Position numbers and translations under genes: made by a program. The notes below the pieces were generated by a model. The model saw nothing but the letters and a program-made list of their open reading frames with translations. It did not search any database and was not told the DNA's origin. From Nannocystaceae bacterium (lineage in GTDB: Bacteria; Myxococcota_A; Polyangia; Nannocystales; Nannocystaceae): a stretch of 64,000 nt of DNA. Below, in pieces: positions 17,686 through 25,733 of this stretch; the first letter of the stretch is position 1, and each line of letters begins with the position of its first letter. Where the stretch lies: positions 5,826 through 69,825 of the forward strand of contig JAIBBS010000017.1 of assembly GCA_019694555.1 (NCBI GenBank), given 5' to 3'.

Positions 17686-18867
17686 TCACTCGAATGCGGC
17701 CAGCGCGGCGCGCAGGCCCGCATCGGACTCACCGGCGACGGGCGTGATCGGATCGAGTGCGACCGACACGTCCGGCGTCACGCCGGCGCCGTCGACCCGG
17801 CGATCGTCGGGTGAGAAGTAGCGCGCGACCGTGAAGGTCGCGACCGAGCCATCGGGCAGGCCCAGCACCTCCTGCACGGTGCCCTTGCCGTAGCTGCGCT
17901 CGCCGACGATGCGCGCGCGCTTGTGATCCTGCAGCGCCGCCGCGAGCAGCTCAGAGGCCGACGCGCTGTGCCGGTCCTGCAGCACCACCAGCGGCGTGAT
18001 CACGTCGCTGCCCTGGCTGTGCGCGGCCTCCTCGCGCAGCAGGCGGCCGCCGCGGCCGCGGGTGCGCACGAGCACGCCCGAGGCCACGAACGCGTCGGCG
18101 ATGACCAGCGCCTCGTGCACCTCGCCGCCGGGGTTGCCGCGCACGTCGAGGATGATGCCCGCGAGATCGTCCCCCAGCGCGCGGCGACGGGATGCGATCG
18201 CGGCCAGCACCGCGGCGCCGCTCTCGGCCCCGAAGTGCCGCAGCACCACGTGCACGAAGCTGCGCCCGCGATCGTCGCGCACGATCGCACTGGTGACGGT
18301 CTTGCCGCGCGGCTTGTCCAGCACCAGCGACACCTCGCGCGGCGCGGCACCGTCGCCCGATTGCACGAGCAGCGCGACCTCGTCGCCGGCGGCGCCCGCG
18401 AGCAACACCTCGGCCTCGATCTGCGTCTCGATGCGATCGACCTCGCGCTCGCCGATGCGCACGACACGATCGCCGGGTGCGAGGCCGGCCTTCGCCGCGG
18501 GCGACGACGGCGTGACCGCGAGGATCTCGAGCGCCGGCCCCTGCTGCGCGTCGTGGCGCAGCGCGACCGCGAGCCCGGTGCTGCCGGCGTGCGGTCGCTT
18601 CGTCAGCGCCTTGCGCTGGGCCGACGTGAGGAAATGACTGTGAGGGTCCAGCTGCGCGAGCATCGCGGACAGCCCCGCGGCGAGCAGCGCCGGTTCGTCC
18701 ACGGGCTCGACGTACCGCTCCAACACCGCGTCCAGGGCCTGTTCGAAGCCCGAACGATCGAGCCGGGGCGCAGGCGCGGCAGCGGGCCCTGGCCCGAAGC
18801 TGGCCGTGAGCGCGAGCGTGACCGCGACCCCCAGAGCAAACCCACCGACCGCGCCACGGGCCGTCAT
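17686..18867 (-). CDS. S41 family C-terminal processing protease (CtpA-like, PDZ-containing)
   Basis: The protein has a signal peptide, a PDZ-like region (GLAPGDRVVRIGEREV) and the motifs ILDVRGNPGGEV and YGKGTVQ. It is a paralog of the gene at 13074..14510. Confidence 0.85.
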   Translation of the reverse strand: MTARGAVGGFALGVAVTLALTASFGPGPAAAPAPRLDRSGFEQALDAVLERYVEPVDEPALLAAGLSAMLAQLDPHSHFLTSAQRKALTKRPHAGSTGLAVALRHDAQQGPALEILAVTPSSPAAKAGLAPGDRVVRIGEREVDRIETQIEAEVLLAGAAGDEVALLVQSGDGAAPREVSLVLDKPRGKTVTSAIVRDDRGRSFVHVVLRHFGAESGAAVLAAIASRRRALGDDLAGIILDVRGNPGGEVHEALVIADAFVASGVLVRTRGRGGRLLREEAAHSQGSDVITPLVVLQDRHSASASELLAAALQDHKRARIVGERSYGKGTVQEVLGLPDGSVATFTVARYFSPDDRRVDGAGVTPDVSVALDPITPVAGESDAGLRAALAAFE

Positions 18868-18916
18868 GAACGGTCATCGTGTCGTATCCTCCGCGCGAGG
18901 TCAAAGCGCCCCCCCA

Positions 18917-20836
18917 ATGAAATCCACGACGACGCTCCACATCACCACGATCGCGCTCGCTCTGGCACTGGTGCCTGCGTGCAAGAAGGACGAGCCCAAG
19001 CCGGAAGAGAAGAAGGCGGAGGCGCAGACCAAGACCGCCGAGCCCGGCAAGACCGACGGCAAGACCGCCGAGCCCGGCAAGCCCACCACCGACACGCCCA
19101 AGCCGATCCCCGGCACCGGCGTCACGCCGACCAGCGCACCGCTGTCGCCGGCGTCGAAGCTGTCGCGCGGTGCCGTGCTCGCGCACGTGCTCATGCCCAA
19201 CCCCGGCGCGATGCTGTCGGACATCAAGGCGCAGATCGTTCCGGCCCAGGCCGCGCAGTTCGTCGACGAGACCTTCTTGCGCACGATGGGCGCGGGCACG
19301 CTGGGCAGCCGCTCCGGCATCGCCAAGAACCTCGATCTGACCAAGCCCATGGGTTGCGCGCTGGTCGACACGGCCTCGACCAAGGCTCCGGTCGCGTGCG
19401 TGATCGGCTACACCGGCGGCGCCAAGGCGCTCGTCACCGATCTGGGCGAAGAGGGCAAGCAGACCGACGCCGGTGGCCACACCGCGAAGTACAGCGTCGG
19501 CGGCCAGGACATCTTCGTCGACGACATCGGCGGTGAGGCCATCGTCAGCACCGCGGCCGACGTGTTCGAGAAGGCCAAGCCCTACATCGAGGAGAACCTC
19601 ATCGCGCGCGCCGGCAGCGTCGCGACCGACCTCGAGGTCGTCGCGTATCCCGGCAGCCTCATGACCCGCTACGAGGCCGAGCTGCGCCCGGTGCTCGAGG
19701 CGATGGGCAAGATCCCGCCGGCGCCGATCCCCGGCGCGGCCCCGGGCTCGGAGAAGCTGCTGACCGCGGTGGCGACCTACAGCGCGAAGGCCAACGCACG
19801 CACCGTGCAGACCTTCCGCGACATGGAACAGTTCACGCTCGCGTTCTCGGTGGAGCCCGCCGGCTTCGTCGCTCGCTACGCGCTGTTCCCCGTCGCCGGC
19901 AGCGAGCTCGAGGCGCAGACCAAGCTCACCGCCGCGGGCCCGCTCGATCCGAAGTTCATCCGCAGCCTGCCGAGCTCGTCGTGGGCCGTCATCGCGGTCA
20001 ACAGCCACGTCGGCGAGGTCGCCGACATGCCGTCGGTGAAGGAGATGCGCGACGTGTTCATCTCGGCGTACGCCGATGCCGTGGGCAAGGACCCGGCTGC
20101 GACCGCGGCCGCGGTCGACACCTTCGTCACCGAGGCGCGCGCGACCTACTCGGGCGTGTCCGGCCTGGCGTTCATGCACGAGCCCGGCACGCTCGGTGGT
20201 CTCGCGCTGGTCGCCGGCCTGCAGCCCGGCAAGAGCGCGCGCGAGGGTTGGAAGACCTGGTCCGAGGGCTTCACGCCCGAGGCGATCCTCGGCGCCGAGG
20301 CGGCGAAGAAGGTCACGTGGTCGTTCCAGATGGACGCGGCCAAGGCCGGCGACGTCGCGGTCGACCGCTGGATCATCGAGCCCACCGACGCGGTCAAGGC
20401 CGACATGCGCAAGGACGGCGGCGCGAAGCTGGCCGAGTGGGAGACGCGCATGGGCGGCCTGCGCCTGGTCATCAACCGCGTCGAGAAGAACGACGAGGTG
20501 GTGTGGGTCGTGAGCCCGGGCTCGGACGACAAGTACGCGCAGAGCGTGGTCGACGCGATGGGCGGCACCGCCGCGCTCGCCGACGACGCGGGCCTGTCGC
20601 GCGTGCTCGATCGCAACCCGTCGGTTTCGACGATCTTCGCGTTCGACGTCAAGGGCATGTTCGGTTGGATCAGCGAGCTCATGCCGCCCGAGGAGCGCGC
20701 CAAGCTTCCGGCCGGCATCGGCAGCGATCTCAGCGACGTGTTCATGGCCGCGTCGTACGGCGACAACGGCTCGCAGTCGGGCGAGATCGTGGTCTCGCAG
20801 GCGCTCATCGATCAGCTGCGCGCGCTCGCGAAGTGA
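18917..20836 (+). CDS. lipoprotein, hypothetical (639 aa)
   Basis: The ATG at 18917 gives MKSTTTLHITTIALALALVPACKKDEPK, a lipobox, followed by a Lys/Pro/Thr-rich linker and a large domain. Confidence 0.7.
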   Translation: MKSTTTLHITTIALALALVPACKKDEPKPEEKKAEAQTKTAEPGKTDGKTAEPGKPTTDTPKPIPGTGVTPTSAPLSPASKLSRGAVLAHVLMPNPGAMLSDIKAQIVPAQAAQFVDETFLRTMGAGTLGSRSGIAKNLDLTKPMGCALVDTASTKAPVACVIGYTGGAKALVTDLGEEGKQTDAGGHTAKYSVGGQDIFVDDIGGEAIVSTAADVFEKAKPYIEENLIARAGSVATDLEVVAYPGSLMTRYEAELRPVLEAMGKIPPAPIPGAAPGSEKLLTAVATYSAKANARTVQTFRDMEQFTLAFSVEPAGFVARYALFPVAGSELEAQTKLTAAGPLDPKFIRSLPSSSWAVIAVNSHVGEVADMPSVKEMRDVFISAYADAVGKDPAATAAAVDTFVTEARATYSGVSGLAFMHEPGTLGGLALVAGLQPGKSAREGWKTWSEGFTPEAILGAEAAKKVTWSFQMDAAKAGDVAVDRWIIEPTDAVKADMRKDGGAKLAEWETRMGGLRLVINRVEKNDEVVWVVSPGSDDKYAQSVVDAMGGTAALADDAGLSRVLDRNPSVSTIFAFDVKGMFGWISELMPPEERAKLPAGIGSDLSDVFMAASYGDNGSQSGEIVVSQALIDQLRALAK

Positions 20837-20853
20837 GCGCTCGTCCGCGGACT

Positions 20854-20885
20854 GAGAGCCTGTCAGCGGATGCTGACAGGCTCTC
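20854..20885 (+). terminator. intrinsic-terminator-like hairpin after lipoprotein gene
   Basis: Perfect 14-bp inverted repeat gagagcctgtcagc-ggat-gctgacaggctctc, 18 nt after the stop codon. Confidence 0.5.
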
Positions 20886-20993
20886 GTCGCGGAGCGACCG
20901 GAAGGTGAGGGGTCCCGTGACCGGCTTGGCCGGGCACGGGGAGAGGAAGCGGAGCTTCCTCTCCATAGACTGAGCCACGGTTGCGCGGCGTTC

Positions 20994-21021
20994 GAGTCGG
21001 GGGCGCGTCCGTCCCCGACTC
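20994..21021 (-). terminator. hairpin downstream of minus-strand beta-propeller gene
   Basis: 9-bp inverted repeat gagtcgggg / ccccgactc, 20 nt past the stop at 21042. A third hairpin (ggagaggaagc-gga-gcttcctctcc) lies at 20940..20964. Confidence 0.4.
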
Positions 21022-21041
21022 CGCCGCGGGCGGAAGCGCCG

Positions 21042-23432
21042 TCAGCCCGGCACGTAGCGGAACGCTCGCAGCCCCGCGAGCGAGACGCCGTCGTGGAACA
21101 GCAGCACGTCGTCGTCGACGTCGTAGGTGAGCTTCTGCCCCGCGGCGTTGGCGGGGAAATCGGCCGGCGGAGCCGGCAGCGCGGTCCAGCTGTCGGCGTC
21201 GAGATCGTAGGCCCACAGCTGCAGCGGCTCGCCGCTCATCGCCAGCACGCGCTGGTGCGCGTCGTCGTACGCGAGGTGGGCGTAGCCACCCGGCGGCGCG
21301 GCGGCGGGCGTCTTGGCGACGCAGCGCCCCGCGTCGACGTCGACGACGTAGGTCGCGCTGTCGAGCGGACCGTTGTAGTGCGCGCCGCCGAAGATCACGA
21401 ACGTGCCCGCGGCCGCGTGGTAGGCCGCGCCGGCGAAGCCACCGGTGGGACAATCCGCGAGCGTGCGGAAGCGATTGCTCGCGACGTCGTACAGATGCCG
21501 GCTGAAGTACGCCAGCTGGTGCTCGGCATCGAATGCGCCGGTGACCTCGACGCCCGGCCGCGCGAGCTCGGGCGGCAACAGCCGCTGCCCACGGCCCGCG
21601 AGCAGGTCGTAGGCGTACAGCGTCCAGCCGGTACCGCTGTTGAGCGTCAGGTTGCCGTTGGTCAGGTACAGCCCGCGCTGGCCATCGACGGTGACGTTGC
21701 CCTCGTCGTGACCGATGCCGGGTAGATGCTCGCTCCACGCGTTCTCGGTGATCTCGAGGACCTCCCAGCGGTTGTGCGAGAAGTCGTAGCCCAGCAGCGC
21801 GTTCTGGTCCTCGCCGTACGACAGCTGCACCGCATGGTACTTGCCGAACACCACCGCGCGCTTGGCCGCGGCGATGTAGTTGATGCTGCTGTAGCCCTCG
21901 TCGCCCACGCCCTGCGCGTCGACGGTGATCCCGCCGGCGTCGAGCACGGTCCAGGTGTTGGGCACCAACCGGGGCGTGGCGCCGTCGCTGCCGTAGCGCG
22001 TCAGCGCGACCGGGACCTCGTCGCCGTCGTCGCCGCGCCTGGCGACGTAGACCTGCTTGGTCGCCGAGGGAACGTGCTTCTCGGTCCACACCACGTGGGG
22101 CACGCCGTCGATCGATGCCAACGCGGGCGCATCCACGGCGCCATCGCCCGGATGCACCGACAGCGGCGTCTCGACCTCCGACCACGCCCCGCCGCTGCGC
22201 GTGCGCGTGTACAGCTCGGCCTTCTCGCCCGGCCGCCCCTCGCTCCACGCGAGCACGAGCCCGCCCGCGCCCGCGAGCAACGCCGGCCGTCCGGGTTGGC
22301 CATCCGCGAGCGCGTTCGCCTCCTGCGCGTCGACGCTCCACGTCCCCGCGTCGAAGTGACCGGTGCGGATGCGGTAGTCACCCGCGCCGGCCTTCTCCTG
22401 CCACGCCAGGTGCAGGCCCTCGTCGTCGGCCGCGAGCGACAGGTAGTTCACTTGCCCGTCGGCGTCGGCATCGAGGCGCTCGGGATGGGCGACGAACGTG
22501 TCGCCCTGCAGCGACGCGATCCACAGCGAGGCGTCGTCGTACAGCAGTCCGTCCGCGGCGCTCTCCTCGATCTCGCTCCACGCCACCCACGGCACGCCGT
22601 CCTCGTCGACCATCGCGAGGTCGATGAGCTTGCGACGCGCGGTGCCGGTGGGCTCGCCGTTCCACGGTCCGCCCACGGTCGTCCAGCCGTCGCCGTCGCG
22701 GCGCTTGACCACGATCGCGTCGATGTCGCCCTGCTCCGCGAGGTTCTCGATCCACGCGACGTGCAGCACGCCGCCGATGTCCGCGAGCACGGGATTGCGC
22801 GCATCGTGGGTCGGCGCGAGGTTGAGCGCGCCGAAGGCATCGCCGGCGTCGGCGTCGTTCACCCACGCGCTGCCGTCCCAGTGCGCCACGAACACCGCCG
22901 ACTCGTGATCGTTGGCCCAGCCGTAGCCGCCGCCTTCGTACCACGCGACGTAGATGGTCCCGCCCGAGACCGCGACGCTCGCATCGAAGGCTTCGGGCCA
23001 CAGCACCCCGTCCGCTTCGGTGTGGCCGATGCGTCCGCCCAGTGGGCTCCACGCGCCGTCGACGTAGCGCGCGACGGCGATGCCCGAGTGCTCCCACACC
23101 GCGGGGTTGCGGTGCTGCGTCCACGCCGCCACCACCGTGCCGTCCGGACCCGCGGCGATCGCCGGGTTGTTGGTCCAGCCCTGCGGATCGACCGAGAGAG
23201 TGCCGCCCAGCCGCGTCCACATCGACGGCGGCAACGGCTCGCCGGTGGTCGTGTCGCTGCCGCCACCGGAGCCGGAGTCGTCGGCGATGCTCGTCGTCGC
23301 AGCCGCGCTGGTGTCCGACGACGCCATGCCGGTGCCGTCGCTCGACGAGGCGCCGCCGTGGGGGCTGGCCGGCGCGTGGCAGCCCCACGCGCCGGAGATC
23401 ACGAGCCACGAAGCGAGCCGGGAGGGCGACAT
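21042..23432 (-). CDS. secreted lipoprotein with Ser-rich linker and beta-propeller / kelch-like repeats (796 aa)
   Basis: MSPSRLASWLVISGAWGC is a lipobox. It is followed by an S/D/T-rich linker, many W/G/D repeat blades, and a C-terminal galactose-oxidase or kelch-like region (YAYDLLAGRG, WAYDLDADSW). Confidence 0.75.
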   Translation of the reverse strand: MSPSRLASWLVISGAWGCHAPASPHGGASSSDGTGMASSDTSAAATTSIADDSGSGGGSDTTTGEPLPPSMWTRLGGTLSVDPQGWTNNPAIAAGPDGTVVAAWTQHRNPAVWEHSGIAVARYVDGAWSPLGGRIGHTEADGVLWPEAFDASVAVSGGTIYVAWYEGGGYGWANDHESAVFVAHWDGSAWVNDADAGDAFGALNLAPTHDARNPVLADIGGVLHVAWIENLAEQGDIDAIVVKRRDGDGWTTVGGPWNGEPTGTARRKLIDLAMVDEDGVPWVAWSEIEESAADGLLYDDASLWIASLQGDTFVAHPERLDADADGQVNYLSLAADDEGLHLAWQEKAGAGDYRIRTGHFDAGTWSVDAQEANALADGQPGRPALLAGAGGLVLAWSEGRPGEKAELYTRTRSGGAWSEVETPLSVHPGDGAVDAPALASIDGVPHVVWTEKHVPSATKQVYVARRGDDGDEVPVALTRYGSDGATPRLVPNTWTVLDAGGITVDAQGVGDEGYSSINYIAAAKRAVVFGKYHAVQLSYGEDQNALLGYDFSHNRWEVLEITENAWSEHLPGIGHDEGNVTVDGQRGLYLTNGNLTLNSGTGWTLYAYDLLAGRGQRLLPPELARPGVEVTGAFDAEHQLAYFSRHLYDVASNRFRTLADCPTGGFAGAAYHAAAGTFVIFGGAHYNGPLDSATYVVDVDAGRCVAKTPAAAPPGGYAHLAYDDAHQRVLAMSGEPLQLWAYDLDADSWTALPAPPADFPANAAGQKLTYDVDDDVLLFHDGVSLAGLRAFRYVPG

Positions 23433-23495
23433 CGGTCCCTCAGTCGCGCGAGCCCGCGCTCGCGGCTCACGCGGGCGGATGCCGCAGCCGTGCGA

Positions 23496-23672
23496 TCACG
23501 CCGCGCGCTTGGTGACGGGCACGGTGCCGCTCGCCTCCGCGGGCGCGCTGCGGCCCCGCTCGAACATGCGGGCGAGCCGCGCACGCTGCACCTCGATCGT
23601 CAGAGCCTCGGTGGTCACCGCGTCGACGAACCGTGCCACGAACGCGTAGTACCGGAGATTGGGTGCCTGCAT
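23496..23672 (-). CDS. small hypothetical protein (58 aa)
   Basis: The ATG at 23672 is preceded by a strong SD (GGGAGGGA, 6 nt upstream). The product is MQAPNLRYYAFVARFVDAVTTEALTIEVQRARLARMFERG.... A GC hairpin lies downstream at about 23441..23460. Confidence 0.45.
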   Translation of the reverse strand: MQAPNLRYYAFVARFVDAVTTEALTIEVQRARLARMFERGRSAPAEASGTVPVTKRAA

Positions 23673-23897
23673 CGTCGTCCCTCCCGTCCTGCCAAACCCA
23701 ACGGAGCTCGGGGTCCGGCCTGACACTCGGCTGAACGAGTGCAGGCGCCGTACCATATCGGTGCACGGGCGAGCGGCCCGGGCGTTCCCAGAAAAAGCCT
23801 TTCGCCTCGCGACCAGCTCGCGGAATCTCCGCGCACGCACCGGGGTTCGCTCCGCCCGCAGCGTCAAGGCCCCGGCGGAGGCCGTCGGCGTTCCATC

Positions 23898-24824
23898 ATG
23901 CCACCTGTGATCCCCGGGCCGACAGAACCCGTGACGCGCCGCTGCGACGGCTGCGGAGCGACGCTCGCGTCTGCGCCCGAGCGCATCGCCCAGCGCTGCA
24001 GCTACTGCGACGCGCACCTGGTCGACGCGACCGCCGTGGCGGTGGTCGACGCGGTGTGCCCGTTCGCGATCTCGCAGCGCGCGGCGATGCAGCGCATGCG
24101 CGAACACGTCGCCGGCAACCCGTGGCTGGCCTCGGAGCTGCGGCTGCTCGCGCGCCGCGGACAGCTGCGCCCCGAGGTGCTGCGCGGCGTGTTGGTGCCG
24201 TACTTCGTCTACGACGCCCGCACGCAATCGCGCTGGCAGGCCCGGATCGGCGTCGACTGGTGGCGGCGCGAGACCGTGCGCGACAAGGACGGCAAGACCC
24301 GCACCGAACACGTGCGCGAGACCGAGTGGTTCGAGCTCGGCGGCACCGCGGTCGGCGAGTGGCTCGATCACCTCGAGTGCGCCTCGGTCGCGCTCACCGC
24401 CGAAGAGGTCGATCGCCTGGGCGGCTTCGATCTCGGCGCGGCCGTGGCCTACGATCCGCGCGTGCTGGCGGGCTCGGTCGCGGAGCTGCCCTCGCGCACG
24501 CGTGCGCAGGTCGATCGCGACGCGACCGCGGCGGTGCGCGAGCTCGAGGCCCGGCGCATCGAACACAAGCTGTTGCCCGGCGATCACGCGCGCATCGTCG
24601 CGCTGGCGACCGAGGTCACGCTGGGTCACGCGCGGCTGGTGCTGGCGCCGGTGTGGCTGGCGAGCTTCCGCCACGGCGGTCGCTCGCATCGCATCCTCGT
24701 GCACGGCCAGCACGGTGCGTGCGTCGGGCGGCCGCCGCTGTCGCGCGCGAAGGTCTCGCTCGCCGCAGCCGGCTTCGCGCTGGCGATCGTGGCGCTGCTG
24801 TGGCTCGCGGGGGTGTGGTCGTGA
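23898..24824 (+). CDS. zinc-ribbon membrane-anchored protein (paralog A)
   Basis: The N-terminal motif CDGCGATL...CSYCDAHL is a CxxC...CxxC zinc ribbon, and there is a C-terminal TM helix (AAAGFALAIVALLWLAGVW). It is a paralog of the next gene. Confidence 0.6.
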   Translation: MPPVIPGPTEPVTRRCDGCGATLASAPERIAQRCSYCDAHLVDATAVAVVDAVCPFAISQRAAMQRMREHVAGNPWLASELRLLARRGQLRPEVLRGVLVPYFVYDARTQSRWQARIGVDWWRRETVRDKDGKTRTEHVRETEWFELGGTAVGEWLDHLECASVALTAEEVDRLGGFDLGAAVAYDPRVLAGSVAELPSRTRAQVDRDATAAVRELEARRIEHKLLPGDHARIVALATEVTLGHARLVLAPVWLASFRHGGRSHRILVHGQHGACVGRPPLSRAKVSLAAAGFALAIVALLWLAGVWS

Positions 24825-25687
24825 TCGTCGTGCGCTGCGACGCGTGCGGCGGCTCGGTCGCCTTCGATGCCGAGCGGGCGCGCGCGCAGTGTCTGTTCTG
24901 TGCCGCGGTCGCGCTCGAGCCGTTGCCGCTGGACCAACCGCCGCCACCGCCCGAGCGCGTGGTGCCGTTCGCGATCGACGACGCGGCCGCGCGCGAGGGC
25001 TTCGCGAAGTGGTGCCGCGGCTCGTGGTGGCGGCCGGCGGCGCTGCGCGACGTCGCGTTGCAGCTGCAACCGCTGTGGCTGCCGGCCTGGCGCGCCCGCG
25101 CCGAGGTCGAGCTGCACTGGGCCGGGCTGGTCGCCGCGCGCACGCGCAGCGGCAGGCGCCCGCGCGCCGGTGTCGATCGCGGCGCCGCCGAAGCGATGAT
25201 CCCCGCGTCGCTGGGCGTCTCGCCGGCGGAGCTGGCCCAGGCCGCGCCGTTTCCCCCCGCGAGTCGCAGCTGGAGCGGCCACGACGGCGCGATCGCCCGC
25301 GAGCTGCCGAGCCTGACCGAGGCCGGCGCGCGCACGCGCGTGCTCGCGACGCTCGAGGCCACGCGGCTGCGCGAGGTCGCAGCGCGCGAGCACCTGCACG
25401 ATGCCGGTGGCACGGCGCGGCTGCACGCGCTGGCGACCTCGCTCGAGTCGCTGCCGGTGTACATCGGCGCGTTCCGCTTCCGCGACCGGCCGTGGCGCGT
25501 GGTCATCAACGGCGCGACCGGCAAGCTGGTCGGACGCGCGCCGATCGACCGCGTCAAGCTCGCGATCGCCATCGCGATCGGCGTGCTGCTGCTGCTGGCG
25601 TTCGCGTGGTGGTCGCGACCGCCGGATCAGCCCGGCGAGCCCGAGGACGACGCGCAGCCCAGCGTCGCGCGCCGCCGCTCGAGCTGA
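24821..25687 (+). CDS. zinc-ribbon membrane-anchored protein (paralog B)
   Basis: The GTG at 24821 overlaps the upstream stop (GTGA). The motif CDACGGSV...CLFCAAV is a zinc ribbon, and the protein shares blocks with paralog A (PVYIGAFRFRDRPWRVVINGATGKLVGRAP vs PVWLASFRHGGRSHRILVHGQHGACVGRPP). There is a C-terminal TM helix. Confidence 0.6.
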   Translation: MIVVRCDACGGSVAFDAERARAQCLFCAAVALEPLPLDQPPPPPERVVPFAIDDAAAREGFAKWCRGSWWRPAALRDVALQLQPLWLPAWRARAEVELHWAGLVAARTRSGRRPRAGVDRGAAEAMIPASLGVSPAELAQAAPFPPASRSWSGHDGAIARELPSLTEAGARTRVLATLEATRLREVAAREHLHDAGGTARLHALATSLESLPVYIGAFRFRDRPWRVVINGATGKLVGRAPIDRVKLAIAIAIGVLLLLAFAWWSRPPDQPGEPEDDAQPSVARRRSS

Positions 25688-25733
25688 GCGACGCCGTGGC
25701 CCAAGGTCGCCGTCGACGCGCGGCCGGCCGGGC

